This document shows, piece after piece, positions 37,640 through 49,000 of a stretch of 64,000 bases of DNA. Under the pieces are notes generated by a model. That model was given only the letters and a program-made list of their open reading frames with translations. It did no database searches and was not told the DNA's origin. Location: contig CAXXGO010000006.1 in assembly GCA_963666835.2 (NCBI GenBank), positions 768,001-832,000 on the forward strand, given 5' to 3'. How positions within the stretch are numbered: position 1 is the first letter of the stretch; every line of letters starts with the position of its first letter. The position numbers were made by a program, and so were the translations under genes. The stretch comes from Phycisphaerae bacterium. GTDB taxonomy: Bacteria; Planctomycetota; Phycisphaerae; UBA1845.

Positions 37640-40231
37640 ATGGCTGACGAGAAAGCGAACAACCAAACCGCAAGCGCCGGCCGAGGGCGAGTATGGCTGA
37701 TTGTCGGACTGATTGCGGGCAGCGCCCTGGTCACCGGATGGCCGACCTTGCAGGGGACGTTCGTCGGAGGCGATGACCATCGTCTGGTGCTTAATCACGT
37801 CCTGGTCAACCATCCCTCCTTCGAGCACGCCGTGCAGTTGTTCACCATGGTCCACCGTGACCTGTACCAGCCGCTGCCGATGCTGAGCTTCTCGATGGAG
37901 TTTGCGGTGGCGGGGGCGTTCGGCCTCTTCGACGAGAGTCTCTCCGGCGGCGCCTGGCTGTTCCATTTGACGAACATCGTTTTGCACGCGGTTAACGCGG
38001 TTATGGTGTGGATAGTCGTAAGGGGGCTTCATCGCGGCGAAAACCGCCGCACAGCCGATATGGTGGGTGCGATAGCGGCGATCCTGTTCGCGATCCACCC
38101 TTTGCAGGTCGAAGTCATAGCGTGGGTCAACGGCCGCATGATGCTGCTCTCCACTCTGTTCGGGCTGGCGGCGCTGGCGACGTTAATGAGGTGGCTGAGC
38201 CGGGGCGGGTATCGCTGGGCGGTTCTTACTGTGGTCTTCGTGGCGTTCTGCGCAATGAGTAAGATCCGCGTGGGGCTTCCGGTGTTGATGCTGCTCGTTC
38301 CGCCGGCCATGCGACTGCGAATGACTCGCGGGTTCGGGTTGCTCTGGGTAATCAGTGCTGCGGTGACCGGGGTGTTCGTTCTGGTGAACCTCCACGCCAC
38401 CGCCGAGGCGGGGATGTTCTCGGGGGCGGCGGAGACTCTGCACGGTCCGCGGCCGGTTCGCGCACTGCTGGCGCTGGCGTGGTACTTTCAGCACTTCGCG
38501 TGGCCGGCAGGGTTGGCGAGTTGGTACCCGGCGGCCCCGTTGGTGCGCTGGTCCGACCCCGCGACCTTTCGGGCGATGGCAATTGTGGGCTCGGTACTGG
38601 CTCTTGCCGCTTGCTCGGCGTGGCGTTCACGGGCGGCGGGTCTGGGCTTTGTGTGGTTCTTTGCGACGATCGCCACGGCGATTCAACTGGTACCGGCGAG
38701 GAACACTCTGGCGGCGGATCGCTATATGTACTTGCCGATCATCGGTTTGTTATGGTTTGTCGCCAATGCGCTGAGCACCGGCTGGTATGCTGCCGCTCGT
38801 CGAGCGGTATCGGGGCCGATTCGGGCCGGAGTCGCGCTGATCGCCGTAGCTGTTGCGATCGCCCTTATCTCGCAGAGTAGGACCATAGCCCGTTTCTACG
38901 AGACTCCCGTCAAGAAGAGCCAACGGATTGCAGACATCTTCCCGGACACGCCTCACGTGTGGGAGCGCGCCGCCTGGACCTATTACAACGCCGGCAGATA
39001 CGAGGAGGCCCTCGCCCGGGCCGAAGAAGGACTTCGCCGGAACGAAGACCCGGTTAGTGAAATATACCAGGTGATCGGGGCTTCGCAGTTCCGCCTTGGT
39101 GACCGCGAGGCGGCATTCGCCTCACTCAAGCGTGCCCTGGAGATCGACCCGGAGGACTCGAAAGCCAAGTATCAGTTGGCCAAGATGTTCGAGGAAGTGG
39201 GCCGATTGCAGGATGCGGTGCGTTTCTATGAGGAGTCAATCGCCGACGCTCCGCTGGCGAACCCCCGAATCCTCCGGCTGGCCTCGTTGTACCGCAGATT
39301 AGGTCACCCCGCCGACGCCCGCCGGTTGTACGAGCAGGTTCTGCAGAACAACGAATTCGATCCAATGGCTACGATGGCTCTGGCGGAGCTGGACATCGAG
39401 GTCGCAACGAGCGCATCATACCGCGCCGCAGAAGAACGTCTGGAGAAGCTGCTGGGGTGGATGTCGGAAAACGCTGATGCGTGGGTGAACCTGGGAGTCG
39501 TTCGCAACGCCCTCGGTCGATCTGCAGAGGCCGCGGAGGCGTATGACAGAGCGTTGGCACTTGTGCCGGGGCACCCGACCGCAGCTTTGAACTTGGCCGT
39601 GTTGCACCTGGCTCGCGGGGATGAATCGCGGGCAATCCCGCTATTCGAGCTGGCGATGTCCCAAGGGTTCGATTCGGTCCTGCAAACCGTAACGGTTCAC
39701 GATTTCCTGATCGTCCGGCAAGCTCCCGAGCGAGCGGTGACGCTCTGGAGCGACTTTAGCCGGCGTTATCCCGACGTAACGGAATCGCGGGCGTTTCTGG
39801 CTTGGTCGCGGGCCCTCGCCGGCGATCAAAGCACGGCGAGTAGAGAAGCCGTCGCCCTTATGGATGCCGGCTCCTCGCTTCCGTTGCTCACAGCTACGCT
39901 GGTCCACATCGCCCTGGCCGAGGGCGAGTTCGCTGAGGCCCGGGCCCAGGTGCAGAGGCTTGCCCAAACGGGTGAAGGCGGAGCCGATGCCCGCCGCCGC
40001 CTGTTGCGGGCACTGGGGGGATTCGTTCAGCGACAGCCCGATGTCCCGTGGACGTATTGCCTGGCAGCACGGATCTGGATCGCCGAGGGAGAGATACCGG
40101 CAGCGCAGACTTTTGCGGACCTTTGCGAACAGAACTGCGCCGACCCGGAATGCACTGGTTATGTCACTGAACTCCGATCGCAGATCGCCGGTGCGTTATC
40201 CGCCGAGCCTGCGGCTCCGGCGGTACCGTAG
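37640..40231 (+). CDS. TMTC-like membrane glycosyltransferase with C-terminal TPR repeats
   Basis: DD motif after TM1 (FVGGDD), YQPL, FHLTNIVLH, HPLQVEVIAW..GR and ADRYMYLP, followed by multiple TPRs. Confidence 0.88.
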   Translation: MADEKANNQTASAGRGRVWLIVGLIAGSALVTGWPTLQGTFVGGDDHRLVLNHVLVNHPSFEHAVQLFTMVHRDLYQPLPMLSFSMEFAVAGAFGLFDESLSGGAWLFHLTNIVLHAVNAVMVWIVVRGLHRGENRRTADMVGAIAAILFAIHPLQVEVIAWVNGRMMLLSTLFGLAALATLMRWLSRGGYRWAVLTVVFVAFCAMSKIRVGLPVLMLLVPPAMRLRMTRGFGLLWVISAAVTGVFVLVNLHATAEAGMFSGAAETLHGPRPVRALLALAWYFQHFAWPAGLASWYPAAPLVRWSDPATFRAMAIVGSVLALAACSAWRSRAAGLGFVWFFATIATAIQLVPARNTLAADRYMYLPIIGLLWFVANALSTGWYAAARRAVSGPIRAGVALIAVAVAIALISQSRTIARFYETPVKKSQRIADIFPDTPHVWERAAWTYYNAGRYEEALARAEEGLRRNEDPVSEIYQVIGASQFRLGDREAAFASLKRALEIDPEDSKAKYQLAKMFEEVGRLQDAVRFYEESIADAPLANPRILRLASLYRRLGHPADARRLYEQVLQNNEFDPMATMALAELDIEVATSASYRAAEERLEKLLGWMSENADAWVNLGVVRNALGRSAEAAEAYDRALALVPGHPTAALNLAVLHLARGDESRAIPLFELAMSQGFDSVLQTVTVHDFLIVRQAPERAVTLWSDFSRRYPDVTESRAFLAWSRALAGDQSTASREAVALMDAGSSLPLLTATLVHIALAEGEFAEARAQVQRLAQTGEGGADARRRLLRALGGFVQRQPDVPWTYCLAARIWIAEGEIPAAQTFADLCEQNCADPECTGYVTELRSQIAGALSAEPAAPAVP

Positions 40232-40336
40232 ACGGGTGACCAAAAAAAGTGGGTCGCACGAAGGTGGTCTTACGGACCCCTCGTGCGACCCGGGCAAGGT
40301 CACCATGGAGAAGGAGAACCTGGTTTCACGGCGGGC

Positions 40337-41332
40337 TCAAGCAGCCAGATAGTGCTCCTCGAGTGCGCCACGGATTTTCTTCAACGCCTTATTCTGAATC
40401 TGCCGGACGCGTTCTTTGGTTACTCCAATAATGTGCCCGACCTGTTCCAGTGTCTTGGGAGCGTCGGCCCCGTTGAACGCCGGCTTCCCGATAGCGAAAC
40501 GCTCGATAATCACCGTGTGTTCTACGTCGCTCAGCTCGGCCATGTTCGCCATGAGGATCTGCTTGAGTTCGTCCACGCAATCCTCTTCAACGTGATCCCG
40601 TTTCCGGTCCAGGAAGTCGCTGCGCTCCATGCTCGGATCAAACTCGGTGGGGAACTTACCCCGATACCGGCTGGCCCGCATGGCCACGCGCGAGAAGCTC
40701 TTCAAAATCGCCCGGCAAGAATACGTACTGAACTTGAACCCGCGGGAGCAGTCGAATTTCTCCACGCTGCGCAGCAAGGCCATATTGCCCTCGCTGATCA
40801 TCTCGTTGAAGTCGATGTTGCTCAGTCGGGTTCGTTTCGCCATGGCAATGACGAGCGGCAGGTTTATGCGGACGATTGCACCGCGGGCGACACGCACGCG
40901 ATGCCCCCACGCCAGCAACTGCCGGGTGGCTACGCCGGTTAGCGGCTTCCCCGTACTCTCGTTGAGGATCTTCGCAGTTTGACTGCGCGCGTAGTTGAAC
41001 CGCATGAACAGAAGCTGTTCCTGCTCGTGGTTTAGCGTCGGAACCCGGCCACCGGAAGCAACCGCATCGAGCACCTGGTCATCGGTCTCGATGAAGCGCG
41101 TGCCGTTACGCTTGACGAACTTGGCCACGCCGCCGAACAGTTTCCGCTCTATACCGGCCTTGGCGAAGTCCGGATGATCCATGAAGAACGCCGGCTCAGT
41201 CAGCAGTATCTCCAAGAGAGCTTGGTCCTCGTCGGATAACGACTCGACCGTCATATTGCTGGGCGGCTTCCTGATCAGCAATGGGTCATGCGCGGCTTGT
41301 CTCTTAACGGCTTCAAGCGTGTTCGTGGCCAT
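40337..41332 (-). CDS. Sigma-70 family RNA polymerase sigma factor (RpoD-like regions 2 and 4, reduced region 3)
   Basis: NLPLVIAMAK, EGNMALLRSVEKFD.SRGFKFSTY and TLEQVG...VTKERVRQIQNKAL motifs. Confidence 0.92.
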   Translation of the reverse strand: MATNTLEAVKRQAAHDPLLIRKPPSNMTVESLSDEDQALLEILLTEPAFFMDHPDFAKAGIERKLFGGVAKFVKRNGTRFIETDDQVLDAVASGGRVPTLNHEQEQLLFMRFNYARSQTAKILNESTGKPLTGVATRQLLAWGHRVRVARGAIVRINLPLVIAMAKRTRLSNIDFNEMISEGNMALLRSVEKFDCSRGFKFSTYSCRAILKSFSRVAMRASRYRGKFPTEFDPSMERSDFLDRKRDHVEEDCVDELKQILMANMAELSDVEHTVIIERFAIGKPAFNGADAPKTLEQVGHIIGVTKERVRQIQNKALKKIRGALEEHYLAA

Positions 41333-41681
41333 GACTGAACTCCTCTCGCCAATCGCCCATGCGCCGCCGGCCGGTCGGCTCACACGGCACGGGCGAACCC
41401 CTACTTCTACTACGTCAACCACACCTGGTCGGGGCGCACCGTCCGCAAAAAAAGACAATCCGTTACCCCGGTCGGCGTTGGACGCAAAACGTCCGAAGCG
41501 TGGCGCGGTTACAATTATCAACTAGGGGAGACGAACACTGGTAGGGGGGTACCAACTGCACCTTCAGTATACAACACGGGACGGGCTGAGACAAGTTTTC
41601 GTCTTATAAAGCCCGGAAAACGTGAGAAAAACCACACCTGTGCAGCCAGATTGCACACTCTGGAGCGAAGTGTCCAACCGG

Positions 41682-42968
41682 CTATTCGTGGCGCAGTGCT
41701 TCGATCGGATCCAGTCGGGCAGCGGACATGGCCGGGTACATCCCGAAGAAGATGCCGACCAGCACTGACAGGCTGCAACTCACGACCACCGACCAGACGC
41801 TGACAATCGTTTTCCAATCGGCGACTGTAGAGATGACGTAAGCGCTCAGTACCCCGAGCAAGACGCCTATGAACCCGCCGCTCGTCGAGAGAACTACCGT
41901 CTCGACCAGGAACTGCACTGTGATGTGCCGACGGCGCGCCCCCAACGCCCGCCGAATCCCAATCTCGCGGGTCCGCTGCGTCACCGAAGCCAGCATGATA
42001 TTCATGATCCCGATACCGCCGACCAGCAGCGAAATCCCGGCGATAAGACCGAGAATAATCTGCTGGTTCCGCTTCTTACGCTTCGCCAGTTCGAGCTGCG
42101 CCAAGGGCACTCTGATCTTATAGTCCTGGGCCTCGTGCCCGTGCTCGAAGACCCGTTGGACATTCTTCGAGATCGGGATCACATTCTCGACTTCATCGGC
42201 CGCGATGTAGAGGCCGGAGTACTGCATCTTGATGAACTCGCGAGAGCCGGCGCCGAGGCGGGCGGTGGTCTCCCCGAACTGCGTGGCGGCCGTCGAGAAC
42301 GGAATGAGAATCTCCCGGTTGAGGTCACGTTTGTCCGTTCCCTCGGCCGGAGCCCCGGCCGTCAGCACCGTCTCCAGAATCCCGACGACCGTGAACGGGA
42401 CGGCGCTGGGGTGACGTTTGACCAGAATAGTCTCGCCGAGCGCATCCATCGACGGGAAGAGCTCGTTGGCGACGTCTTTACCGATCACGCAGACGTTGCT
42501 TCCGTTGGCGTCGTCCTCCGGCGCAAACGCCCGCCCGCGCGCCACGCTTATGTTGACGATATCGAAAAACTCCGAGGTCGTCCCTACGGTCTTGAACGGG
42601 GCTTGGTGCTCACCTTGCCGGGCGCTGAAGCCCACGGTCTTAAGTGGGACGATGCATGCGATGTTGGGGACCGTCTGCTCGATGATGGACACGTCGTCAC
42701 GGGTAATCCCGTACTCGACGAGATTACTGTTCCCCTGTGCCACCTGACGGCTTTGCGAAGGTTTCTCCGAGCTGACGATGATATTCTGTGTGCCGAGGAG
42801 CCGAATCAAACGCATTTCGTCGGCGGAGGCTCCCTCGCTGATCGACAGCATGCAAATCACAGCCGCCACGCCGAAGATGATCCCCAACGACGTCAGAAAC
42901 GACCTGAGCTTGTGCAGCCGAATGTTGGAGAGACCCAGGCGGAAGGACTCTACGCTCAGGAATTTCAC
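41682..42968 (-). CDS. MacB/FtsX-family ABC transporter permease
   Basis: RSFLTSLGIIFGVAAVI, ISLLVGGIGIMNIML.SV..RTREIGIRRALGA and LDPIEALRHE motifs. Confidence 0.95.
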   Translation of the reverse strand: MKFLSVESFRLGLSNIRLHKLRSFLTSLGIIFGVAAVICMLSISEGASADEMRLIRLLGTQNIIVSSEKPSQSRQVAQGNSNLVEYGITRDDVSIIEQTVPNIACIVPLKTVGFSARQGEHQAPFKTVGTTSEFFDIVNISVARGRAFAPEDDANGSNVCVIGKDVANELFPSMDALGETILVKRHPSAVPFTVVGILETVLTAGAPAEGTDKRDLNREILIPFSTAATQFGETTARLGAGSREFIKMQYSGLYIAADEVENVIPISKNVQRVFEHGHEAQDYKIRVPLAQLELAKRKKRNQQIILGLIAGISLLVGGIGIMNIMLASVTQRTREIGIRRALGARRRHITVQFLVETVVLSTSGGFIGVLLGVLSAYVISTVADWKTIVSVWSVVVSCSLSVLVGIFFGMYPAMSAARLDPIEALRHE

Positions 42969-43234
42969 GGAGCACCCTCCCTACGAGTGGGTTCGTTACG
43001 CGCCGGCGGGGCGATTGTAGGACGATGTTCTCGGGGACTTGTTATGGTGGGTCGGAAACGTCTTGGGAATCGGCTGGACTGACTCCGGCCGATGGTGATA
43101 CCTGGTTCGGCGAACACGACTCGGCAGGGGCCATCCACGGACGGATGGTCGATCGCACGGAAGCATGTCTCGAGTATTCGGAGAATTATCGCACCCTTCC
43201 GTCCGTGGGCTGGCCCGCCGAAGTCAGCCGGCTA

Positions 43235-44755
43235 CTACCCGAACTTGATGCCCTGAGCCAAGGGCAGCTCGGTGGAGTAGTTAATCGTATTAGTCTGTCG
43301 ACGCATATAAGCCTTCCAGGCGTCGGAGCCGGACTCGCGTCCGCCGCCGGTCTCCTTCTCACCGCCGAATGCACCGCCGATCTCGGCGCCGCTGGTGCCG
43401 ATGTTGACGTTCGCAATACCGCAGTCGCTGCCGCGGCACGACAGGAACTGCTCCGCTTCCAACAGATTCTGCGTGAACATCGCCGAACTCAACCCCTGCG
43501 GCACGGCGTTGTGGATGGCAATCGCCTCGTCAAGTGTCTTATACGTTATGATGTAGAGGATCGGGGCAAAAGTCTCATCCTGTACTATCTTGTAGTCGTT
43601 CTTGGCCGAAGCGATACACGGAGTGACATAACAACCGCCGGCGTACTTGGCGCCTTCGAGCTTCTTGCCACCGTAGAGGATCTCGCCGCCGGACTTCTTG
43701 ATTGCCTCAATCGCGGCCATCATCGTGTCCACGGCGTCCGTATCGATCAGCGGTCCCATCAGAGTGCCGGTGTCCAGCGGATCGCCGATCGGAACCTGCT
43801 CGTACGCGGCAATCAGCCGCTTCACCAGGTCGTCCCGGACCGATTCGTGAACGATGATTCGACGGGTCGAAGTACACCGCTGCCCGGCCGTGCCTACCGA
43901 TCCGAACACGATCCCGGGAATGGCCAGCTTCAGGTTGGCGTTCGGGGTAACGATAATGGCGTTGTTTCCGCCCAGCTCGAGAATGGTCCGGCCGAGACGC
44001 TCGCCGACCACCGCACCGACGCGGTAACCCATCGCGCAACTGCCGGTAGCCGAAACCAGCGGAAGACGACGGTCGCCGATGAGCTTCTCGCCGACCGTGC
44101 TGCCGCGTCCGACAACCAGACTGAAGATGGCCGGATCGACCCCGTTGGCAAGACAGACGCGCTCGGCGATCTTCGTGCAAGCGATGGCGGTAAGCGGTGT
44201 TGCCGAGGACGGCTTCCACAACACCGAGTCACCGCAAGCCGCGGCCAGCGCGGAGTTCCACGCCCACACAGCTACGGGGAAGTTGAACGCCGAGATGACC
44301 CCGACCACGCCGAGCGGATGGTATTGCTCGTACATGCGGTGTCCCGGCCGCTCGGAGTGCATGGTAAGCCCGTGCAATTGCCGGGAGAGACCGACCGCGA
44401 AGTCGCAGATATCGATCATCTCCTGGACCTCGCCCTCGCCCTCGGCGCGGATCTTACCCATCTCGAGCGTCACTAACGCCCCGAGTTCCGCTTTCAACTC
44501 CCGAAGGGCGTTACCCAATTGCCGAACGGTCTCGCCGCGCACCGGCGCCGGGACCATCCGCCATTTCAGGAACGCCTCCTGGGCGCGGGCGGCAATCTGC
44601 TCGTATTCCGCTTCGGTTACCTGAGTAACGGAAGCAATGCTCTTTCCGTCAATCGGGGACAAAGAGTCGAGTTTCTCGCCACTACCGAGCCACTCGCCAC
44701 AAAATCCGCCGAGGTTGGCGGACTCGATTCCAAGTTTCTGGAGAAAATCATGCAT
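43235..44755 (-). CDS. Aldehyde dehydrogenase, ALDH7/antiquitin type (piperideine-6-carboxylate dehydrogenase-like)
   Basis: EGEGEVQEMIDICD, SAFNFP, LELGGNNA, GQRCTS, GAEIGGAFGGEK and LPLAQGIKF motifs. Confidence 0.93.
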   Translation of the reverse strand: MHDFLQKLGIESANLGGFCGEWLGSGEKLDSLSPIDGKSIASVTQVTEAEYEQIAARAQEAFLKWRMVPAPVRGETVRQLGNALRELKAELGALVTLEMGKIRAEGEGEVQEMIDICDFAVGLSRQLHGLTMHSERPGHRMYEQYHPLGVVGVISAFNFPVAVWAWNSALAAACGDSVLWKPSSATPLTAIACTKIAERVCLANGVDPAIFSLVVGRGSTVGEKLIGDRRLPLVSATGSCAMGYRVGAVVGERLGRTILELGGNNAIIVTPNANLKLAIPGIVFGSVGTAGQRCTSTRRIIVHESVRDDLVKRLIAAYEQVPIGDPLDTGTLMGPLIDTDAVDTMMAAIEAIKKSGGEILYGGKKLEGAKYAGGCYVTPCIASAKNDYKIVQDETFAPILYIITYKTLDEAIAIHNAVPQGLSSAMFTQNLLEAEQFLSCRGSDCGIANVNIGTSGAEIGGAFGGEKETGGGRESGSDAWKAYMRRQTNTINYSTELPLAQGIKFG

Positions 44756-45578
44756 GGTCGCACCTCTACGAACGAAACAGGAGACTATCGACGCGCCGCC
44801 TACGATAACTACATCATGATGCCCGTCAACGTGCCGAAACGAGCGTCGTTTGGCCGTTTTCAGCGGGAAAGCGGACATCTGCACAGCCGAGTTTCGACGT
44901 GTGATGAGAAGCACTGTTGAGCAGCGAACCTTATGGGCAACACGCTTCGGAGACGCCGGCGCCGGCGTGATTCGTCCCTCGCCGCGCATCCGCGTTGCCA
45001 CGCGATCCCCATCTTTGGACCAAACTCGCGGACATTACCGGAACCAGTCTGACCCTGACAGGGTCAAATGCTTCCAGCTAATGTGTTTTGCGAGGCCGCC
45101 ACGCCTTTCGACGCATTCTGCAACAGCCCGGGTAGCCGAAACAGAAGCGCGGTTCATCGACGCCGTCTCTTTCACCCTTCAGGGTGATTGGGGTTGTTGG
45201 GCTCCCACCCGGGGGCGGCGGCCGCTGGGCGGCCTTGCCCCCGGCTACTATCTTACAGGCTTTCAGCCTGAAAAAGGAGCCGGCCTGTAGCTTGCCAGGG
45301 CGGGGGATGCGTTGCCGCGGAGTCGGACGGCTACGCTCGGCTTGCCCGGCAAAGATGTGTAGAACAACGATGGATGCCGCCCGAGGGCTTCCGGGGCGGT
45401 CGCTTGACCGGCTGATAGCGCTGCGGGATACTCGCGCCCCAGCAGTCCGTTGAGAAACGCGGGCTCCGCCGCAAAGACGCAGCCTTGTTGGGGCGGCGCT
45501 AAAGGGGCTTCTCGCCGCTCACGAGGGGTGGCCGCACTTTTCCAACGTCTTGCTGGCTTCGCTGCGGCGGTGAACGGT

Positions 45579-46085
45579 ATGAACACGGATTCCATCGAAC
45601 TACTTATTCTCGACGTCGACGGCGTTCTCACGGATGGCCGGGTCATGCCGTCGTACGATGGCGGGGGACCAAAGACCTTCTCTTCTCAGGATGGGTTCGC
45701 CATCAAGCTGTGGCAGCGCGCAGGCCGGCAGACCGCCATCCTGTCCGGTAGAGGCGGGGAGATAGTCACTCGGCGGGCTGAGGAACTGGGTATCAAAATC
45801 GTCCACAACAACGTGCGGGATAAGCTAGCTGTCTTCCAGGAGATTCTCGATTCTGCCGGGTGCGACGATGCCGCTGCTGCCTACGTTGGTGATGATCTGC
45901 CGGATCTGGGGCCCATGGCCCGTGTGCGGTTGCCCATCGCCGTGGCAAACGCCAGGCCTGCTGTCAAACAGGCCGCCATGTATGTAACGCGGCGCGAAGG
46001 GGGGCGCGGGGCGGTGGCTGAAGTTGTAGAGTTCCTGCTGCGAAAACAGGGCCGCTGGAACCGAGCCCTGATCACCGAGGTATAA
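45579..46085 (+). CDS. kdsC: KDO-8-phosphate phosphatase
   Basis: LDVDGVLTDG, DG..IK, ILSGR, YVGDDLPD and GGRGAVAE motifs. Confidence 0.9.
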   Translation: MNTDSIELLILDVDGVLTDGRVMPSYDGGGPKTFSSQDGFAIKLWQRAGRQTAILSGRGGEIVTRRAEELGIKIVHNNVRDKLAVFQEILDSAGCDDAAAAYVGDDLPDLGPMARVRLPIAVANARPAVKQAAMYVTRREGGRGAVAEVVEFLLRKQGRWNRALITEV

Positions 46086-46091
46086 GAACAA

Positions 46092-49000
46092 GTGCAGGTC
46101 ATGGACGGTCCTAGATTAGACGGCAGCCGGAGAGAGGCCAGTGGGCTGGTCCGAACTCTCGTCGTGGCTTCGGCTACTCTGGCGATTCTGCTGGTCTGCT
46201 TCTCGATATACCAATACAGCCAGCTCGAACCGGAGCCGGCCAAACGTATCGAGCCTCGTCTTCCCAGCCCGCCCGAGGCACCTGGTCGGGATCCTGATAT
46301 CGACGTGGCGGACGGACCCGGGGTCCAGGTGGGCGATGCCAAGATAGGTCGCGGACGCGACATCACGCTGACTATCTACATGCGCGAGGGTACTCGGGCT
46401 CGTTTGAAGATAGCCGTGCGAGACTACACCCCGGTCCAAGGGTCTTCGAATGAGTTCCGATTGGTCGACCCGGAAATCCGCATGCGGACCAGTGACGGCC
46501 GGGCGGTACATGTGATCGCGAGCGAGGGCTTTCTGGAGGCACAGCGCAAAAGTGGCGGCGGTCTGGAACCGCGGCGCGGGCGGCTCACCGGTGGGGTGGT
46601 CATCGACATCGATCGCCTGACGGAACAGGAACGGGCCGAACTGGCCCAGCCCGGGAGTGATCCGGACGCGGTCGACCCGGCCCAATTCGTTCGAGTTGAG
46701 GTCGAGACAATCGAGTTCGATCTCGACTACGCCAAGATCCTGGTCCCCCGCGGTCCGTTGCACTTATCGGCCAGCGACATCGATTTTAAGGCCGAAGATC
46801 TGGAAGTTCGTTTCAATGAAGACGAAGGCCGGGTCGAGTATCTGCGAATCAACCGGGGCGGTCGCATCGAACTGCGCGACCTGGGTGGGCAGTTGGGGTT
46901 GTCCATCCCCAGCACCGAGGCCCAATCGGAGACCCGGGCCACGCTGGTCAATTGGCTGCGCAGTACTCTCCAGGCGACTTTGGAGGCGCAGGCGACTCCC
47001 GAGCCGCCGAAACCCGAGCCCGCGGCGGTGGCCACCGTAACCGAAGACGGAATCCCCGTGTTCCAGCCGGATACCGGCGATGAGGAGGACCTGCCGAAAC
47101 CGGCGGTGCGATACTTCGCGCACATTGAAGGTAATGTCGACGCCAGGCAGTTGAACGGCGAAGTCGTGCAGGCTCGCCTGCAATCCGACATATTGGAGAT
47201 ACTCCGAGCGTTCACCGAGGATGACAAGGAGCAGGTCCGCTCGAAATCATCGACCCCACCGCCGGGCGACGCCGTCCAGCCGGCTTTGCCGCGGGAGACC
47301 CTTGTCCTGCAATGGGGCGGTCGGCTCGTGCTCGAAGCCGTCTCTCCGGATCACGCCCGCTGGACGGAAGATGAGTCCACCAAGATCACCGCGTCCGGCT
47401 CGCCGGCAACTGTTTCCAGCCCGAAATGGAATGCCACCTGCGTGACTCTGGAGTTCAGTCCCGACGAATCCCACGTCTGGCTTAACGGAACGGAGGAAAC
47501 GCCAGTAGTGGTGCAATCGGCGGACCAGGGCTCTCTGAGCGGGGTGCAGGTTTACACCGAGCGATCCGAGGACGAGCTGTTCGTGCGCGTCACCGGCCCG
47601 GGAACAATGGACCGGTCGGCAAGCGATGAGCCGGGCGGGATACTCTCGGAGGATCCCGCAGCGCAAGTCGCACCCGCAATCGAGTTCGCCGATCGGCTCG
47701 AAGTGCGCGGGCGGTTCGTGACCCGCTCGTGGCCCACTTTCTCCGGGGGGATCGCCTCACGCGAGTTCCGCGTCTTCGATACGGCGACCTTTTTCGGAGG
47801 CGTCAAACTCCGCGCCGCCGATACCGATCTCGCCGCAGATAAGGTGACGGCCCACTTCGGCGAGCCGCCGAGTCGCCGCAGTGACCAGCAATCCATCGAG
47901 CGGCTGGAGGGTCGCGGAAACGTGGTGATGAGCCAAGGGCGCGACAACGTCTCGTGCCAAGAGATAGACATTGCCCTCAGCACGGATCGAACCGGCAAGG
48001 TCACGCCCCTGACTGCGACCGCCCGGGGAAATGTCGAGGCCGCCCAAGGCGAGCGGGTGATCGAAGCCGGCGAGACCCTGACGGTTGATTTCGAGATGGT
48101 CAGCCGGTCTCCTGCGCGGTTCGACCCGGCCAAAGCCTATGCCGCAGCCAAGGCCGCAGGACTTGATCCCACGAAGATCGATTGGGAAGCCCGCCGCCGC
48201 GCTTACGAGGCTACGCTACGCACCGAAGTCGCCGTTAAGCGCCTCCGGGCCGCCGGGGCGGTTAGTATAGTCGATCCTCGGCAGGGCATGGACGTCAAGG
48301 CCGAGAAGGTCGACTGTTCCATCGTCGATGGGCGAGAGATCGAAACCGCTCTCGTCTCCGGACACGAAGGGCATCCGGCATCGGTGCGGTTGAATGACTT
48401 CTCGGTAACCGGCAACGAGATCAGGCTTGACGTGCCGGATGAGTGGGCCCAGGTCCCCGGAGCCGGGCGAATGACCCTACGAACCCACCGCGACCTGGAC
48501 GGACATCAAACCGACCACCCTACGAATATCTCTATCACCTGGGACGAGCGGATGAAGTACCAGGGACGCGAGAACCGGGCCGTGTTCTCGGGCAACGTCC
48601 ACGCCGTCTCGGCATCGACAACAACCTTCGACAGCAGCGAGCTGCTCATCGAGTTCGACGACAAGGCTCAGAATGACCCCAAGGACGGGTCGAAAGAGGA
48701 TTGGTGGATCTTCCAGGATCTTGCCGACCGCCTCAAGCACGGCGGGGATTCCAACGGCAGCGCCGGCGTTCCCCGCACCCGATTCTCGAAAGAACCGGCA
48801 TACATCCTGGCTACCGGGCAGGTCACCGTCGAAACCGCCGAACTCGATGAGACTACCGGAAAGCCCCGGAGTCGCGCCCACTTGTCCGGCCCGCGGCTGT
48901 CGGTCAACCTCAGGCCGGAAGTCTCGAAGATGCTGATCGAAGGTGCCGGCCGGTTGTTCCTCCAAGATCTCCGCCCTGCTTCTGACGCGTCCGAGTCAGC

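Noticed and set aside
43025..44476. Long antisense ORFs (43025-44476, 41925-43082, 51656-52594, 57787-58824, 15939-16862 and similar)
   Set aside because: They are shadows of well-supported genes on the opposite strand, expected in GC-rich DNA, and have no motifs.
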